A stretch of DNA of 63,792 nucleotides, filler included, from Reticulomyxa filosa (taxonomy: Eukaryota; Protista; Foraminifera), in assembly GCA_000512085.1 (NCBI GenBank). It is 23 parts of 23 records of this genome, joined end to end, with 100 filler letters (N's around TTAATTAATTAA, not from the genome) between each part and the next. Parts side by side here need not be neighbours in the genome. Positions count along the whole stretch, not along the records: positions 19,140 to 25,988 come from ASPP01026123.1; positions 26,089 to 31,792 come from ASPP01019596.1; positions 31,893 to 33,849 come from ASPP01001536.1; positions 33,950 to 35,914 come from ASPP01003944.1; positions 36,015 to 39,464 come from ASPP01028385.1; 18 more parts are not named here. One strand, written 5' to 3'. The notes below the pieces were generated by a model. It did no database searches and had not been told where the DNA came from. It saw only the letters and a program-made list of their open reading frames with translations. Shown in pieces: positions 22,748-36,860 of the stretch. Numbering within the stretch: position 1 is the first letter of the stretch; every line of letters begins with the position of its first letter. A program made the translations under genes and the position numbers.

Positions 22748-25700
22748 TCAGCGTACTTGTGGGGATGGGGAAAGATTAGTTTTTTCACTTGTAAATTTAC
22801 GAAAAGGGGAAATGGAGGGACTTTGACCAGATTCAGAGCGATCCAATTTGGCATTAAATTCAGTGGCATCGAATAATTTATTTCCATCTTTTTGAGAAGG
22901 TTTATTTTTGGAAGGAGTAACAGAAAGTTTGATAGCATTTTTATTTTCATTAAGTGGAGATATTTGAACAGTATTTTCAGTAACAATAGCAGAATGGTGA
23001 TGATGGGATATATCAGGAGGAGGAACAAGATTATTATTATTATTATTATTATTATTATTGTCATAATTGTGTAATTGTGTTTGATCATGTAAATGATTAT
23101 AATGATAATTACGACTCCGAATGCAACAACGACAATATGTCAAACGAGAAGTATAAAGATAATAAGCAATTATGATTAAAACAGCTGTATAAACAACTAA
23201 AATGGTAGCACCAATAGCAATGACGGTAAACCACTAAAATAAATTATTATATGTGTATATATTTTAAAATAATAAATAATAAATAATAAATAATAAATAA
23301 ATAAATAACAAAACTGGAAAAACAGGAGGAATACAACTATTTATTGTAATAGAATTTGATTTAGTAGATTGAGAATGATTATAAATAGGTTGATTGACTT
23401 GAAAAATAAAATTATCAATAAAACCAAGAAATCCATAACCAAAAAACCATTGATTAATATCAATACTTAAATCATAAAATGATTGAATAGGAATGGTAAC
23501 AGTTTGACTAACACCATTAACAGTGATTTTAACAAAAGTGATAGTAGTTTGAACAGTTAATTTATTCCATTTGTAATAAGTTAGAAAGATTCCACAATTT
23601 TGATCATTAAAAATAAAATATTGTTGATTTTTAGATGTTTGATAAATTAATTGTACTATTGAACCATGACATTTAGAACTAAATTGTAATTGTAAAATAA
23701 ATTTAGATAAATCATGATTAATAATAGTAAAAAGAGTTTGATTAATATATTGTATTGTAAATTTTGGATAAATATCTATAGTATATGTAAATTGATAAAT
23801 AGTATGATTAATATAATGTGATAAATCTGGTGGAAATAATACAACAGCAATAAGTGGTTGTAAATATAAAGAATTTCCAGTTGATGATGATGATGATGAT
23901 GGAGTAATTGTATTATTATATATAACAATACTTTCTTTCATATTTATATATTGAATATCTAATTCTGTTTGATCAAAATTTAAAATAACTAAATATGATA
24001 TATTATAACATTTATCATTTTGTAAAATAAAACCTTTTTGACAAGTAATACAAATAGCAGTAATAGAATTATCACAATATTTACAATTAATATCAATACA
24101 AGTAGAAGAAATTAAACTCCAATAACCCATTGGAATATTTTTTGCTAAACTACCATATAATTGTTGTCCATTATGAAAATCAAGATGTTGATCAGCTAAA
24201 TAAAATCTAATAATACCAGTTTTTGGATCAGCAATAGCAGTATCAATAGTATATCTTGTACTTAAATGAGTACTAAATTGTATTGAAAAATCTTGCCAAA
24301 AAGGACGAGTAAATAATTCAAAACCATTATTACTACCAATAGTAAATTGATAATAAATACTTTGACAAATAAAAATACCATTTAAATCATTTATAATAAA
24401 AGCAGCATCAATATTACCACATTCTAAAAAAGTATCAGAAAAAATACCAAATTCAGAAGTTGTTGTTAAATTAATTGGATATGGATCAATTTGTGCTTCA
24501 TTCCATGGTTTATTTAAATCAATTCTAACATAAGAAAAATATTTAAATATATAAACAATATCTTGTGATGTAGAAAAACAAGCATCAAAATCACCTGACC
24601 AAGATTGTATAGGAAAACCAGTTGTAATTAATTGTGGATAACCAATATCTGGAAGTAATTGATTTAATCCATTAGAATATTTTGAAAATTGTCCTTGTTG
24701 AAATAAGAATAAATATCCATTAGAATCAATAAATGCACAATCTATTATAGGATTTTTTGAATTACAAATAGGAGATGATATTCTTGTACAATCTTTATTA
24801 CAACATTCATTATCTAATGCTATATCACATTCTTCATCCCATTCTAATAATGCATTACCACAAATTGAATTTGGACAAGGATATTGTGTAGAATCACAAG
24901 ATATTATTTTAGCTTGTGGTTTTAATGCTAAATTACATTCTGTATCATATGTTATATATGTTTGTCCAAATTTATCACTCATTACACATTCAAGTTCTTC
25001 TATTGAATATGTAAAATCACCACATGGTTTACATTCTCCAAATCTTCCTGTTTGTCTCCAACGATAATTTATATTACCATAATCTTTAACAGACCAACAA
25101 CGTGAACGACGTCCAGATTGCATTGACCATGTTATACCAGAACATAATTCAGTTTTTCTAAAAGGATGAAATTGATATGTACCATGATATATACCAGTTC
25201 CATAATCCATTATACCACCAGTATGACCAGTACCATTTTCAAAAGAATGTTGTGCACCAAATATATGACCTAATTCATGTGCTAAAAGATACCAAGTATT
25301 TTGATAATAATAATTAACAATACCAGTAGCATAACCATCTCTATATTTTTATAAATATAAATGTATATGTATATATACACATATATATGTATATAATTCA
25401 TTATTTATATAATATTTCTTAACGGTCTACATAATGTTCGTATCCATGCTATACCACCTGATCCACATTTACTTAATAAAATCCATGCTGCATTAGTATC
25501 CATAGATGTACAAGTAGCTATATTTTGCTTATTTTTTGTACAATTATTTGTTTTAAAAGTATACCAAGTATTTGTCCAACTTGTCATTTTATTTAATTGA
25601 TCTATTACATCAACTTGTAAGGAACAATTACAACATTCTGCTCCATGTTGTGGTGCGTCATTAAAAGAAAAAAAGGGTACATTACCCATAAATACGTCAC

Positions 25701-25988
25701 CAATTGAAATATAAATATTTAATTGTTGTTCATATATTCCATTTATATCAGTAAACATAGTATCAATAAAATCAAAAAGACGTTTCATAGAATTATCAAA
25801 TTCTAATAAAAATCCATTATCTATTAAAAGACCAATTTTAATAGTTTGTAAATGTAAATATTGATTAATAAAACAATTATCAAATGGTATAATATTAGCT
25901 AAATTACGTTTTAATGTTAATAATTCTTGTTGATGATAAGGTTTTATTAATATATATAATAAAGGACAATTATTATTATTATTATTAT
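22748..25988 (-). CDS. ADAM/reprolysin (M12B)-like membrane metalloprotease with hemopexin-like repeats, 5'-partial, three exons
   Basis: AHELGHIFGAQH plus Met-turn GIMDY at ~25200-25285. Disintegrin-start motif CGNALLEWDEECD. Hemopexin-like blades IDCAF, FDACF, IDAAF and IDTAI. Cys-rich repeat, beta-rich domain, TM helix WFTVIAIGATILVVYTAVLIIIAYYL and a cytosolic tail. Introns 25341-25423 and ~23234-23313. Confidence 0.85.
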
Positions 25989-26649
25989 NNNNNNNNNNNN
26001 NNNNNNNNNNNNNNNNNNNNNNNNNNNNNNNNTTAATTAATTAANNNNNNNNNNNNNNNNNNNNNNNNNNNNNNNNNNNNNNNNNNNNTCATTAATATAA
26101 TTTACATAAATCTTGAATGCATATGCATATTGTTTGCCATTTCATATGTGATATTTGTGTGCCAGTTGTTTAAGTGCCAGACATTTGACAAATCTTATGC
26201 TATCATCACAGAAAACAGTACCCTTTATGGGCAGGTTTCATCAATCCAACTGAAAGCACTGGTAATAGCAATAACTCTTTCTCCAAGTTGTTTGGTTACT
26301 GTTTTTTTTAAGTGAGAAATAAAAACAGTGCAAAAGAATAATTTGAAAGAGTTATTTGGCGATGATGAAATACATTAAATGCACTCAAGGATTCTCCAAA
26401 ACAAAAGGTGTAATAATTGGATGATAGTCCTAATTGTATTATATGCAATCTTCTTCAACTTTTTAATGTCAACTAAAAAGAAGTTAGTATTAGCAACAAA
26501 AACTCAAACTTTCACTTGTAGCTACAAAAAACATCCTTGCTATTCCTTAACAAGGGCAAATAGGTATGAGAGACTTGTGGTTTGTCCTTAAAAGATAAAC
26601 ATTACATCTCCGAAAAAAAAAAAACTGGAACTAAGCTCCCCTTGTAATC

Positions 26650-29540
26650 CATTGTTTTATTTATGTTTGACATAATCTTTATTCTATAAAATAAACTAAA
26701 ATACAACAACTAGGTCATTATCACTTTAAATTTTTTTTAAAACAATGTTTTTATTTTATAATAAAAATGGGTCATTTTCAAAAAACAGGTTCAAAAAAAT
26801 TAAAAAATGACCCACAACATTAAATATTCATAAATATTAAGATTATTCATTTTATTATTTTTTCAGGAAATAATTGTCGAAATTTAATATGATGACTGGA
26901 ATATAATTGGTAAATCGAAACATTCTTGGATTAAAATTGGGACGCTAAAGGGAGATTCAGTTGAACTTTTTCTGTCATATCTCTCAAAAAAACTACTTTG
27001 AAGGCAGAATTACTTAGAAAGCGCAATCAAACCGTTAAACTTCATGACTAGTCCATCCTACTGGTTTTTTTTGGGCAAAACTTGTTTGTGTAGTGTCAAG
27101 TAGTAAACAAAAAATCCTTTTACTACGTTGCTGTCTAAACAACTAAATTTCCAAAGATTATGCATTTTTTTGTTTAAGTCACATCCATCAGCAATGCAAA
27201 GTACTAATAATTGTCGCTCAAGGAAAAAAAGACAATAATTAACATCAAACAGTGTTTTTTGATTTCGTAATAAAAAATTTTGGAAACTTCTAGAATAACA
27301 ATAGAAAACGATTATAAAGGTACATTATTCAAATGAGGAAAAATAAACCAAGTTATTTAATTTCATGTCTTGCAAACTAGTAATGAAAGGAATGTCGCGA
27401 ATAATCCATAAGTCACAATGTCCTTTGAATATTTGATGAAGCAAACCAATAACAAGTGTTGTATGAAACAATGCACAATGATACTGATATCAATCTAAAG
27501 CGCTGTGGCAACACACCTCAAACTTTAAAGAGCCACTGATAGTACAATACGAAACAAATAACCATGATTGTATCTTTGAAATGAGTTATAAATATTTCGT
27601 TTTCATCATAATGAAAAGCAAAAAGAGACTAGAAATTGTTTGTTTCAGCTGTTTTTAAAAAAGAATTGTGAGTCATTTTCTATCAATTGTGGATCATTTT
27701 TTAATTTTTTTGAACCTGTTTTTTGAAAATGATCCAGTTTTTATCAACTAAATGAAAAACTCTTTTTTAAAATTAAATAGCTATCAAATAAGCCAATTGT
27801 GTGTTATGTAGTTATTTATCAAACCAAAATTATATCAAATAATAAATTAAAACGATGAGACTTACTTACAGTTTTTTTATGTTCATATGTGTAATATCTT
27901 TCAAGGACAAATTGATTATTTCTTATGGTAAAAAAACAAAACTTCAGTGTCTTTGAAAAGAAAAGAAAATCAATTCCTTTTTGTCTTGATAATACAAAAC
28001 TTTTTCGTTGATCCTTCAGAATGGAAAAAAAGATATTTTGCATTGATCATTTTTACAGTTTTCCAAATTCTCAAAAAATTATCATCATAACTTCGAATGG
28101 TTTTATCCTTCAAATGTTGTCTAAAAATATTTGATTGTTCAAAAGGCTTGTTTTCGCCTTCTTTTGAACAAAATAATTAATATTTATGTCTGTTATACGT
28201 AATTGTGATAATTATACGTTCATCAAACTAACGCAAGGCAAAACTTCTGAAGTGTAAGTTTTTGACGTCGCAATTGCTGCACAAGAACGTTGAAGGGATA
28301 GTAGGGGAGAACACTTTAGTAGACAAAAAAATTTCTATATCAAGAAACTTTTTATTTCAAAGTTTTTTTTTCACAAAAAACGTTTTCGATGATTTTTTTG
28401 TGTGGAAAAGAAAAATATTTTTTCGAATCATATTCTTCACGACAAAAAACTCTTTTTGTTTGACACTTAACAAAAAAAAGGGCTCTTGTTGGTCTTGAAT
28501 TAAAACAACAAAAGAGCGATACATATTTGTGAATTGCAGTTCTATCATATGTGTTTTTTACAATAATAAAAAACATATCAAAGTGGATATTGAATATAAA
28601 TTGCAAAACACAATTTTGGTATTTAAACATTTTCAATTGGATGTAATAATCTCGATTTTCTTTTTTCCTTTTGATTGAAAAAGGGATCAAGATAAAAAAT
28701 TAGTTTTTTTTTTATCATGACACGAAAAAGGGAATACATAGCTAGTGAACGAGTGAATCAGTTTGTGTTCTATGTATACCGCTTGAATATATCTGCAATA
28801 CTGAGAAGAGTATAGATAATTGTAGCTGTTTTTTTTGTTTTTTTTAAAATATTATTAATATCCAATGTTGATTGACATACAATGAGAAATTTTGTTATCA
28901 AAAGGATATATATTTCACAACAATAATGCAAATTTGGATCTTCATTACACAACACGCAAAAAATGGATTGAATAGAAGGTTCAGAAAAAAGGATCTAGCA
29001 CAAATTTTACTTATGTATGCAATGTTATTTTTTTGTCATCTTACATAGTGGTTCCAATTTTAAAAATACTAGAACTCCCATTGTTGTTTTTAATCTGTTA
29101 TTGGACCAAATAATGTTGTTCCTCGTTGGATGAAGTGAAAAATATCAATACCAATATTTAACAATAGGAATCATGTTTTTGCGTTTAAGATTTGCACAAA
29201 CAATCAATACATAAATTCACAATTTATCAAAAATTGCTGACATTTTTCAAAAGAACTTTTTTCCCTTTTTTTTATTGGACGAAATTCTAAGAAAACAACA
29301 ATAATCAAGCGTTTTATCAACTTTCATAGCAATTATTTGTATGTAAAAGTGATAAAGTAATATTCACGAACATTTACTGTTGTGGGTCGTTTTTTATATT
29401 TTTTGAACCTGTTTTTTAAAATGACCCTGTTTATTTAAGCAAACAGAAAATTGTTTTTTTAATCAAATAATTATCAAGTGAGTCAGTTATTGTGTTATTT
29501 ACTCATTTTTTCAAACTAAATTTTGTCAAATAATCAACCA
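26650..29540. repeat. Three copies of a ~170-bp repeat with an internal hairpin (26650-26819 inverted; 27687-27860; 29378-29540)
   Basis: Core TTGTGG(G/A)TC(A/G)TTTTTTA..TTTTTTGAACCTGTTTTTT..AAATGA(C/T)CC is seen in all three copies. Confidence 0.75.
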
Positions 29541-31523
29541 AAGCGTTGTGTCAGAATGGGAAGCTTAGTTCCAGTTTTTTTATGTTAGTATGTATAATGT
29601 CTGTCTTTTTACGACAGACAACGAAACATGCAGAGATATCTAAATTGAACAGTGAAATATGACAGAATTTGATGTATTGAAGAGTTCCAATTTCAATTGT
29701 TTGATAAATCAAGTTCTGTTTCACGTGGAGACGCAATATCAGATTTCGTTATCATTTAATAAGCCATTATCAGAGCAAAAATGCAACAAGCTATCTACTT
29801 AAAGAAATTTGTCCTACCGCAAATAAGGAAACATAAATATACCAGATAATTTATGTGATTAAACTTTGAAAATTTGTAGAGAAAACGAGCGGTACAATTT
29901 CTTTGACACTGCTTGTAGTATTTTGATTGCATGCTCTTTGCAATCAAAATGACTAGAAGATTGAGATTTTACAGCCTGTTTGGAACGACAAAAATAAAAA
30001 AAGGAACTGTCTAGTTTTCTCAGAGAAAAATAAAAAAGATTAGAAAGGACGTTGTGGCAATGAGCCAAAGGAACAAAGTTTCTAAAATGTTTTTGGACAC
30101 CAAATGCAAGCAACGCATGTTAACTATAATTATCTTTGTAGCTTTCCGTAAATTATATTTTGTGATGCAAAAAGAAGATATGTAGGTAATCACTACACCT
30201 ATACATCAACAAAGTATTAATTTTGTGAATATCATTTTTGAAAATTGAAATATTATAATCAACATACAAATTTCATAAAACCTTTAAATCGTGTGGTATT
30301 CTTGCACTTGTATGTGTTTTTTTCTTCTTTCACATAATTTCAAATTATTTAATTATACGTCATTGTCCATAATGTCATTTTTTTTACTAATATTGTTTTT
30401 GTATTGTTTGTTCAATTAAAAATGTAAATATAATCACTGCTTTACTATTTTCACATCCCAGAAAACTGATGATCAAAATAATAAATAAATGTTTTGTAAT
30501 AAAATGTGTGACGGAGTTAACATTAAACAGATACTAAAAATCGAAAATCAATAAATTTGAAAGTAAACATTTAAATATATTTCTTAGCTCAATTATATTT
30601 TTATATACTTGCATTATGTCAATTTTGTTTATTCATATTTTCAATAAGCAATTGTATTATAAATAAGTATATCTATAACACTTTTTAAAAAATTTTGTTA
30701 TAATATAAAAATAAAATATCTTAACAACAGACATTTTTCAGTTATTATCAAACTGATTGTAAGCAAAAACAATTTTATTCACATTTGTTTAAGTCTTCAA
30801 ACTTGTGTTCTATTTTGTTCTTCAAAGTAACTTTCAAGTAAATTGTTTTTGAACAAAGATTTTCCAAAGGTGGTCAGTTCCATTTTTTTTTTTTCTTTAT
30901 CTGTAATATGAGCCTTTTTCAACGATCTTTAGTTGTCAATAGTCATTGCATGTTTGCAAATTCAAGAAGATTTCGTGTTAGTAAAGTTTTTTTGCGCAAC
31001 AACATGTTGTTTGACGACTAACAAAAATTTTCTTGAAAATTCGCAAAATCATTTTTTAACAAATATAATTTGTTAACCCTTTGATGAAAGATAGCAATAA
31101 TTGCTTATGAGTTAAAACGAATTCTTTCTCAACACATAAGTGTTGCCTAATTCATGTTATAATAACATACCATTTTGTCACTAATTTTTATTAAGAACAA
31201 ATACAATTGACTGTACGATAGATATGTTGATTTTCATTCTAATCTCTGTTATGAGTTATTATTAGTGATTTATTTTTGTACAGTAAAATAAGCAATATTG
31301 TTTGTAATTTTACTTCTTAAGTGCTGATTTTTATCGCGAAAATTCGAGAAAATTCTTGCACAGTCTATTGTACGTAATCTAAGTAATTGTTAGTGAAAAC
31401 TGCTTTTTTCTTACCTCAGAATAATTGATTTGTCATAACTGTTGATTATAACAAAACTTTATAAACAAACAAAAAAATTCTGGTTTGGGGGCGTATGCCC
31501 AAAAAAAAGTGAACTAATTCCAG

Positions 31524-31792
31524 ATGAGAGCATTATGGATTTTTCCAACAAAAGCAATACACTGTCGATCGAATAATCTTCCTCTTTACATTAGAAGCGG
31601 CTGGTATTATTCAGATATTCGACAGACAACCTTAAAAAATGACGAGACTGCCAAGGACAGTGCACAAACTAACGGCCACGAAGAAAAATTAATACGCACT
31701 TATGATCCGATCACACGCACAGTGTCGTATACACTAAGTGAGACGAAAGAAGGCAATGCTCTCTTGACAACGGACTCCAGCGCTAATTTACC
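31524..31792 (+). CDS. N-terminal fragment of a hypothetical protein (possible mitochondrial presequence)
   Basis: ATG-initiated frame open to the contig end, with a basic, acid-poor first 30 aa. Confidence 0.4.
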
Positions 31793-32824
31793 NNNNNNNN
31801 NNNNNNNNNNNNNNNNNNNNNNNNNNNNNNNNNNNNTTAATTAATTAANNNNNNNNNNNNNNNNNNNNNNNNNNNNNNNNNNNNNNNNNNNNTAAATCAA
31901 TCCATTATTTTTTTAGTTTTGTGACATGATGAATCTCTGACCTGCCAGATACAGCTTTTATTTTTACGGTTCCATTACATTTAATATGACAACAGCCAAA
32001 ATCAAAGCCATAATTATGTTAAATTTCTTTGCTACAGTCAGCTTTCATCAAGTACAAAATAAGCGATCATCCCTTATATATTCTTCTGAAAAAGCAAAAT
32101 TTTCCGTATTTATCAAATAAGAAATAACTCCAATCAAAAAACGCATTCACGTTAATGTCCACATAAATAATAAACTTTTCCAAATAAACACGAAATTAAA
32201 AAAATAAAAACAAACAAACGAAAATAAAAAAATTTCGCTAAAACAAACTGACTTTCTTATAACAACAAATATCCAAGAACAGCAAAATTCAAAAAACATA
32301 AAATCAACGAAAAACAAATAACAAAATAGCACAAAAAAAGCCAAAAAACAAATAATATGCAAATTTTAATTATTTGAATAAGTTATTTTCACTTTGCGCA
32401 CTTAGAACTTTTTTTAGTGTTGATTTTTAATTTTGTTGCTTGTTTAGAAAAAAATTTGGTTTATAGAGTTATAAAAGTTAAAGAAAAACTGATTTGCTAA
32501 ATTTAAAAATGCGAAAAGAGTTTAATCTGATTGTAATTTTAATCAAATTTTTAAGTTGGAATAATGTGTCTGTGAAATTTTGCTTTTTGATTTGGGCATA
32601 TTGTTCTTTTTTTCACTTGGACAGGAGGACGAATAGCTGTCTGGTTTGTATGAAAGTGAAAGGCAAGACAATAATGATTACCAATATTTATGATCGAGGT
32701 ATTCGAATAGAAAACAAAACGAAAGCAAATACCAAAAAAAAAATCTGGAACCCCTTTCAGAAACATAAAATAAATTACTTATTATTAATTACAAAGATGC
32801 TTAAAAAAAGGACTTGTCTTTCAA

Positions 32825-33812
32825 TCAATCAGAAATGCCATTTCCAATAGGTGACTTTTGATTTTTGTTGTCCTTGATTTTACTTTTTGAATCATTCCAT
32901 TTATCGTGAACAGAAGGTCTGCTTTGGTGAGCTTTGATCAAAGGCTTCAAAATGTCAACAACCTCTTCGGTTTCGTTTTCAAATGACAATTGCTTGTGTT
33001 TCAAATCTGTAACACTTTTTCTTGCGTCACTGACTTTTCCTTGTTGAAAATCTTCGCGTGCTAACCATTCCATTAGTTCTTCATCATTTGCTTTCAATTC
33101 CAAGAAATTGAATACTTTTTTCATTGTCACAAACGCGTCCTCAAATAAGTCGTCCAACCAAAGTGTAAGCAATTGTTTGTTTTCAGTAATGTTATTTCGT
33201 TGATAAGCTTCCCACGCAACTCTCTCGTGTTGAACAACACCAACAGCATTTGCACACCATTGCTTATTCTCTTTCAGGTATTCATTTATCTTTTGGTGTT
33301 CTGTCAAAGTATAAATTGGCATTTGTTATTTTGTGTTTAAAAACACATATACATATATGTACACACCATAAGTACATATGTGTATGTATATATAATAAAC
33401 AGCACAGATGATATCGTGAAAAGGAAAGAAAGCACAAATCGAGAAAAAAGACCAGGGGAAGTTCGAGGCCATAGACGAGGGAACCAGCATTGGTTGCCAA
33501 AACGGTTCATATCTTGTCCATGGAACAGATAGCTCCAATGCTTTTTGCTAAGATGTGCGTCTTTGGGTATCTTGGGTGCCATGTTCGCTTTGCGAAACTC
33601 GCGTTCGTCAAAATAGCAGGCGCGTTCAAACGACTGTTGCATGAGGCGCTGAGATTGTGTGGTTTTGCAAGGATCCCTCGAAATGTGGATAAACTTGGCG
33701 TCTGGGAACATCTTATACAAATAACCAATTCGAAATCCATTCAAAGGGTTTTTGTTAATGAAGCGATTTCCCTTTTGATGGCTCAGCAATAATCGTATAC
33801 TATCTTTCAATA

Positions 33813-33815
<3 letters not shown>
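32825..33815 (-). CDS. Sulfotransferase family protein (Sulfotransfer_3-like), 5'-partial, spliced
   Basis: FINKNPLNGFRIGYLYKMFPDAKFIHISRDP includes the 3'-phosphate-binding motif. LWLDDLFEDAFVTMKKVFNFL is the 'YEDL...I..FL' equivalent. Confidence 0.8.
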
Positions 33816-33849
<34 letters not shown>

Positions 33850-34229
33850 NNNNNNNNNNNNNNNNNNNNNNNNNNNNNNNNNNNNNNNNNNNNTTAATTA
33901 ATTAANNNNNNNNNNNNNNNNNNNNNNNNNNNNNNNNNNNNNNNNNNNNAAACTTTTTTCCGTTCTCACGACCCGTTCGGCTGTGTTTGTTTGGTTCAGT
34001 AAACCAAAAAAACTGACTTTTCAATTTTTATTTACCAAAATTACTAAACTTTTTATTTTATTTTTTGAAATTATTACTTCAATACAACTTGTACTTCCAG
34101 TGTACACACTTTTGTTTCTTTGACGAACTTCCCCCTTCATGCTTGTTGCATGAGAAGCTTTTCTCTTATACATTAAAGAAGCTGATATTAGCACAACTTA
34201 CTAACACTTTGCTCAATTGTATGCTTAAC

Positions 34230-34850
34230 CTACTGTTTATACTGCTGACGTGGCCTGACAGCTTGTCAGTGTCAGTGCTCTATGACGCGCTCTTGATGCA
34301 CGGATATCAAATTTTCAAACACGAGGGTTTTAATAGGGACAATCATCCCAACAACACCTTGACCACGCCCACTGGACGTGACCAGCTCAAGTACTTTTCC
34401 AAGGAGGAATTGATCATTGCAATGGCCAATCGCAATTTGGAATGTATTACTGAAAAGGTCAATGAGAAATGGGATTTCGATCCCCAAATGCATGGACCAT
34501 CATTTTATCGAAGTCATGACCACTATTTGATTTGGTCGCTTGAATAATAATAATAATATTCGAAAAGGTATGTCAAGTTTTCCACTTTTTTGGAGAAATA
34601 TTGATGAGCATGTTAAAGTTCCGGGCGATTATCATTTAGTTGACAGAGCATTCTCTCTTTGAGATGCTTGTTTCAACCCGATCAGATTATGAAAGAACAA
34701 TATCAAATGACAGTTTGCTGGGATCCGTGAGACAGCAAGCGTATTTACAAGCACTTAGAGTTGCAAAGGTATCTTTTTTTGGAGGAGTTTCTCATCTTGT
34801 TTACTCGTCTACAAATCAAAAGCATCCAATCTTTTTTTTCAGATAATCTT
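34230..34850 (+). pseudogene. Interrupted coding-like fragment, unknown family
   Basis: Protein-like ORFs 34065-34547 and 34640-34846 are broken by stops. No motif recognised. Confidence 0.3.
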
Positions 34851-36014
34851 TTCTCACCCAATCAAAAAAAAAAAATGTAAAACGATTGAGATATACACAA
34901 TGCATCAACACATATAGATATAAATTTGATATGAAAGATGGTGGAATGGTAAGTGAGCATTTGCTTGTCTGGATGCTCAACCATTTTATCCTGTTTTTTT
35001 TTGGAAATCGTTGAAATATTCACTATAGACACTTTTTCCATTTAAATTTTTTTCTTTGATTGGAGATCATGTTTTCCTTTAATTTACATATATTTATCTT
35101 CTTAAGTGAAAAGAATTTTTTTAATTGGAAAAGGACCAACTGTTTTCCTCTTGGGCTGTAATGAATGTACACAAAACGAATTCATTTTTCGATCAACTTA
35201 GTATTTGCATAAATCGCTTGCAATCCATTTAAAGTTTTACAAGTATATTCGTTTGCCACAAATTTTTTCTTATTTTTATCCAAAATGGCTTTATTGCTCA
35301 TTGAATATCCTTTCGTTTCGGTGTGCCTAGTAGAAGTGGAGGGGATAAACAGAGGAGAAAATCTTGAGTAAGTCCTTTGGTTAGTTAAGCGGCAGCATGA
35401 GAGCGTTGCTTGTGTTGGTGGTGCTGCATGTATCAAATGCATTCGTTGTGATATCAAGCGCAAATGAGATGAATACAAGCATGCAGCTGAACGAACAGAA
35501 AAAACACTTCAATCAATACATCAATATGAACGTACTGGCAATATCACATAACATGTTACTCAACCACTTGTGGAAATTGGAAACGTTGACACATGAGCAA
35601 TGTTTACAATTATGCAACAACATGGCGAGTGCATCATCATTGCAAATTTTCAACAATGAGTCGATGCAATCAATAAATAAAATTATACGTATTTTTCAAA
35701 GCGTTCTGAGTGCCAACACAAAGCAGTCCAAAAAAAACTTGTGCTCCAAAACGTCGACAACGAGTGTATTCATATCCACTTCAACTATACAATTGACAAC
35801 ATACAAATTGACATTCACGGCAGTGGCATTCAGGTACATAACAGTGACGAAAGACTAAATGGAAAAAAAATGGTCATTAAAAAATAAAAAAGGGGATGTT
35901 TACGTATATCAAGANNNNNNNNNNNNNNNNNNNNNNNNNNNNNNNNNNNNNNNNNNNNTTAATTAATTAANNNNNNNNNNNNNNNNNNNNNNNNNNNNNN
36001 NNNNNNNNNNNNNN

Positions 36015-36382
36015 TAACATTTTTGGAAGTATATAAAAAATTAGTTAAATGTTTCTTTAATTAAAAAAATTACTTGACACAGGCCATAATCTCAAACACC
36101 ATCTCCTGGTTTTTTACTTTCGAAGTTGTCAACTGCTCTCCACGGGCAAAATAGAAACGCAATCAAAAAAGATTATTTGTATTTTTTTAAGGATATCAAA
36201 GCAATACTTCTTGATATTTTCAAAAAAAATAAATTTAAAACGAAAACAACTTATGCTATTGAACGGTTATTTGTTTTTTTGTTGTTTTGAATGAATTTTA
36301 ACAACATTGGAATTATTTGAAAAAAGACAATAAGTAATTTCAAAATTATCTATGGAAAAATGTAAATAAGACGTTTTTTTCA
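36015..36382. repeat. Dispersed ~380-bp repeat, direct copy at ~58654-59045
   Basis: Collinear match from TTTTGGAAGTATATAAAAAATTAGTTAAATG through CTTGACACAGG.ATAATCTCAAACACCATCTCCT to GTAAATAAGACGTTTTTTTCA. Confidence 0.88.
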
Positions 36383-36860
36383 TGGACAAGACAATTCGTT
36401 TATGGGATGTTGAAACATCAAAATCATTACATGTGTTCAAAGGACATAAATCTTATATTTGTTGTGTTGATATTTCATCATTACAAAGCAATAATAAAAA
36501 TGAAAATAATAAAAATAATGATATTGGTGTGATTGGTGGAAATGGATATACAATTTGTTCTGGGTCATGTGATAGTACCATTCGAATATGTGATATTGAA
36601 ACAACAAAACAATTGAATGTATTCAATTGACATACAGATTATGTGAGTAGTGTAAAATATGGATCAAATGAATTATTATATACAATATTATCTGGATCAA
36701 TAGATAAAGTTGTTCGTATGTGGGATATTCGATCTGGTGAACAAATTTAAGTGTTCGATGGACATACAAGTTACGTGTATGCTGTTGAATATTCACCATT
36801 TGTAATAAAGAATGTTATTGGTAATTCAAATGTGATATGTTCTGGGTCAGATGATCAAAA
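36382..36860 (+). pseudogene. WD40-repeat pseudogene fragment (expanded lineage-specific family)
   Basis: DKTIRLWDVETSKSLHVFKGH...IGVIGGNGYTICSGS...VFN*HTDYV...WDIRSGEQI*VFDGH, with in-frame stops. Confidence 0.88.

Noticed and set aside
26089-31500. Short ORFs in the AT-rich contig
   Set aside because: F/K/I/L-rich with no motifs, consistent with chance ORFs in intergenic or repeat DNA.
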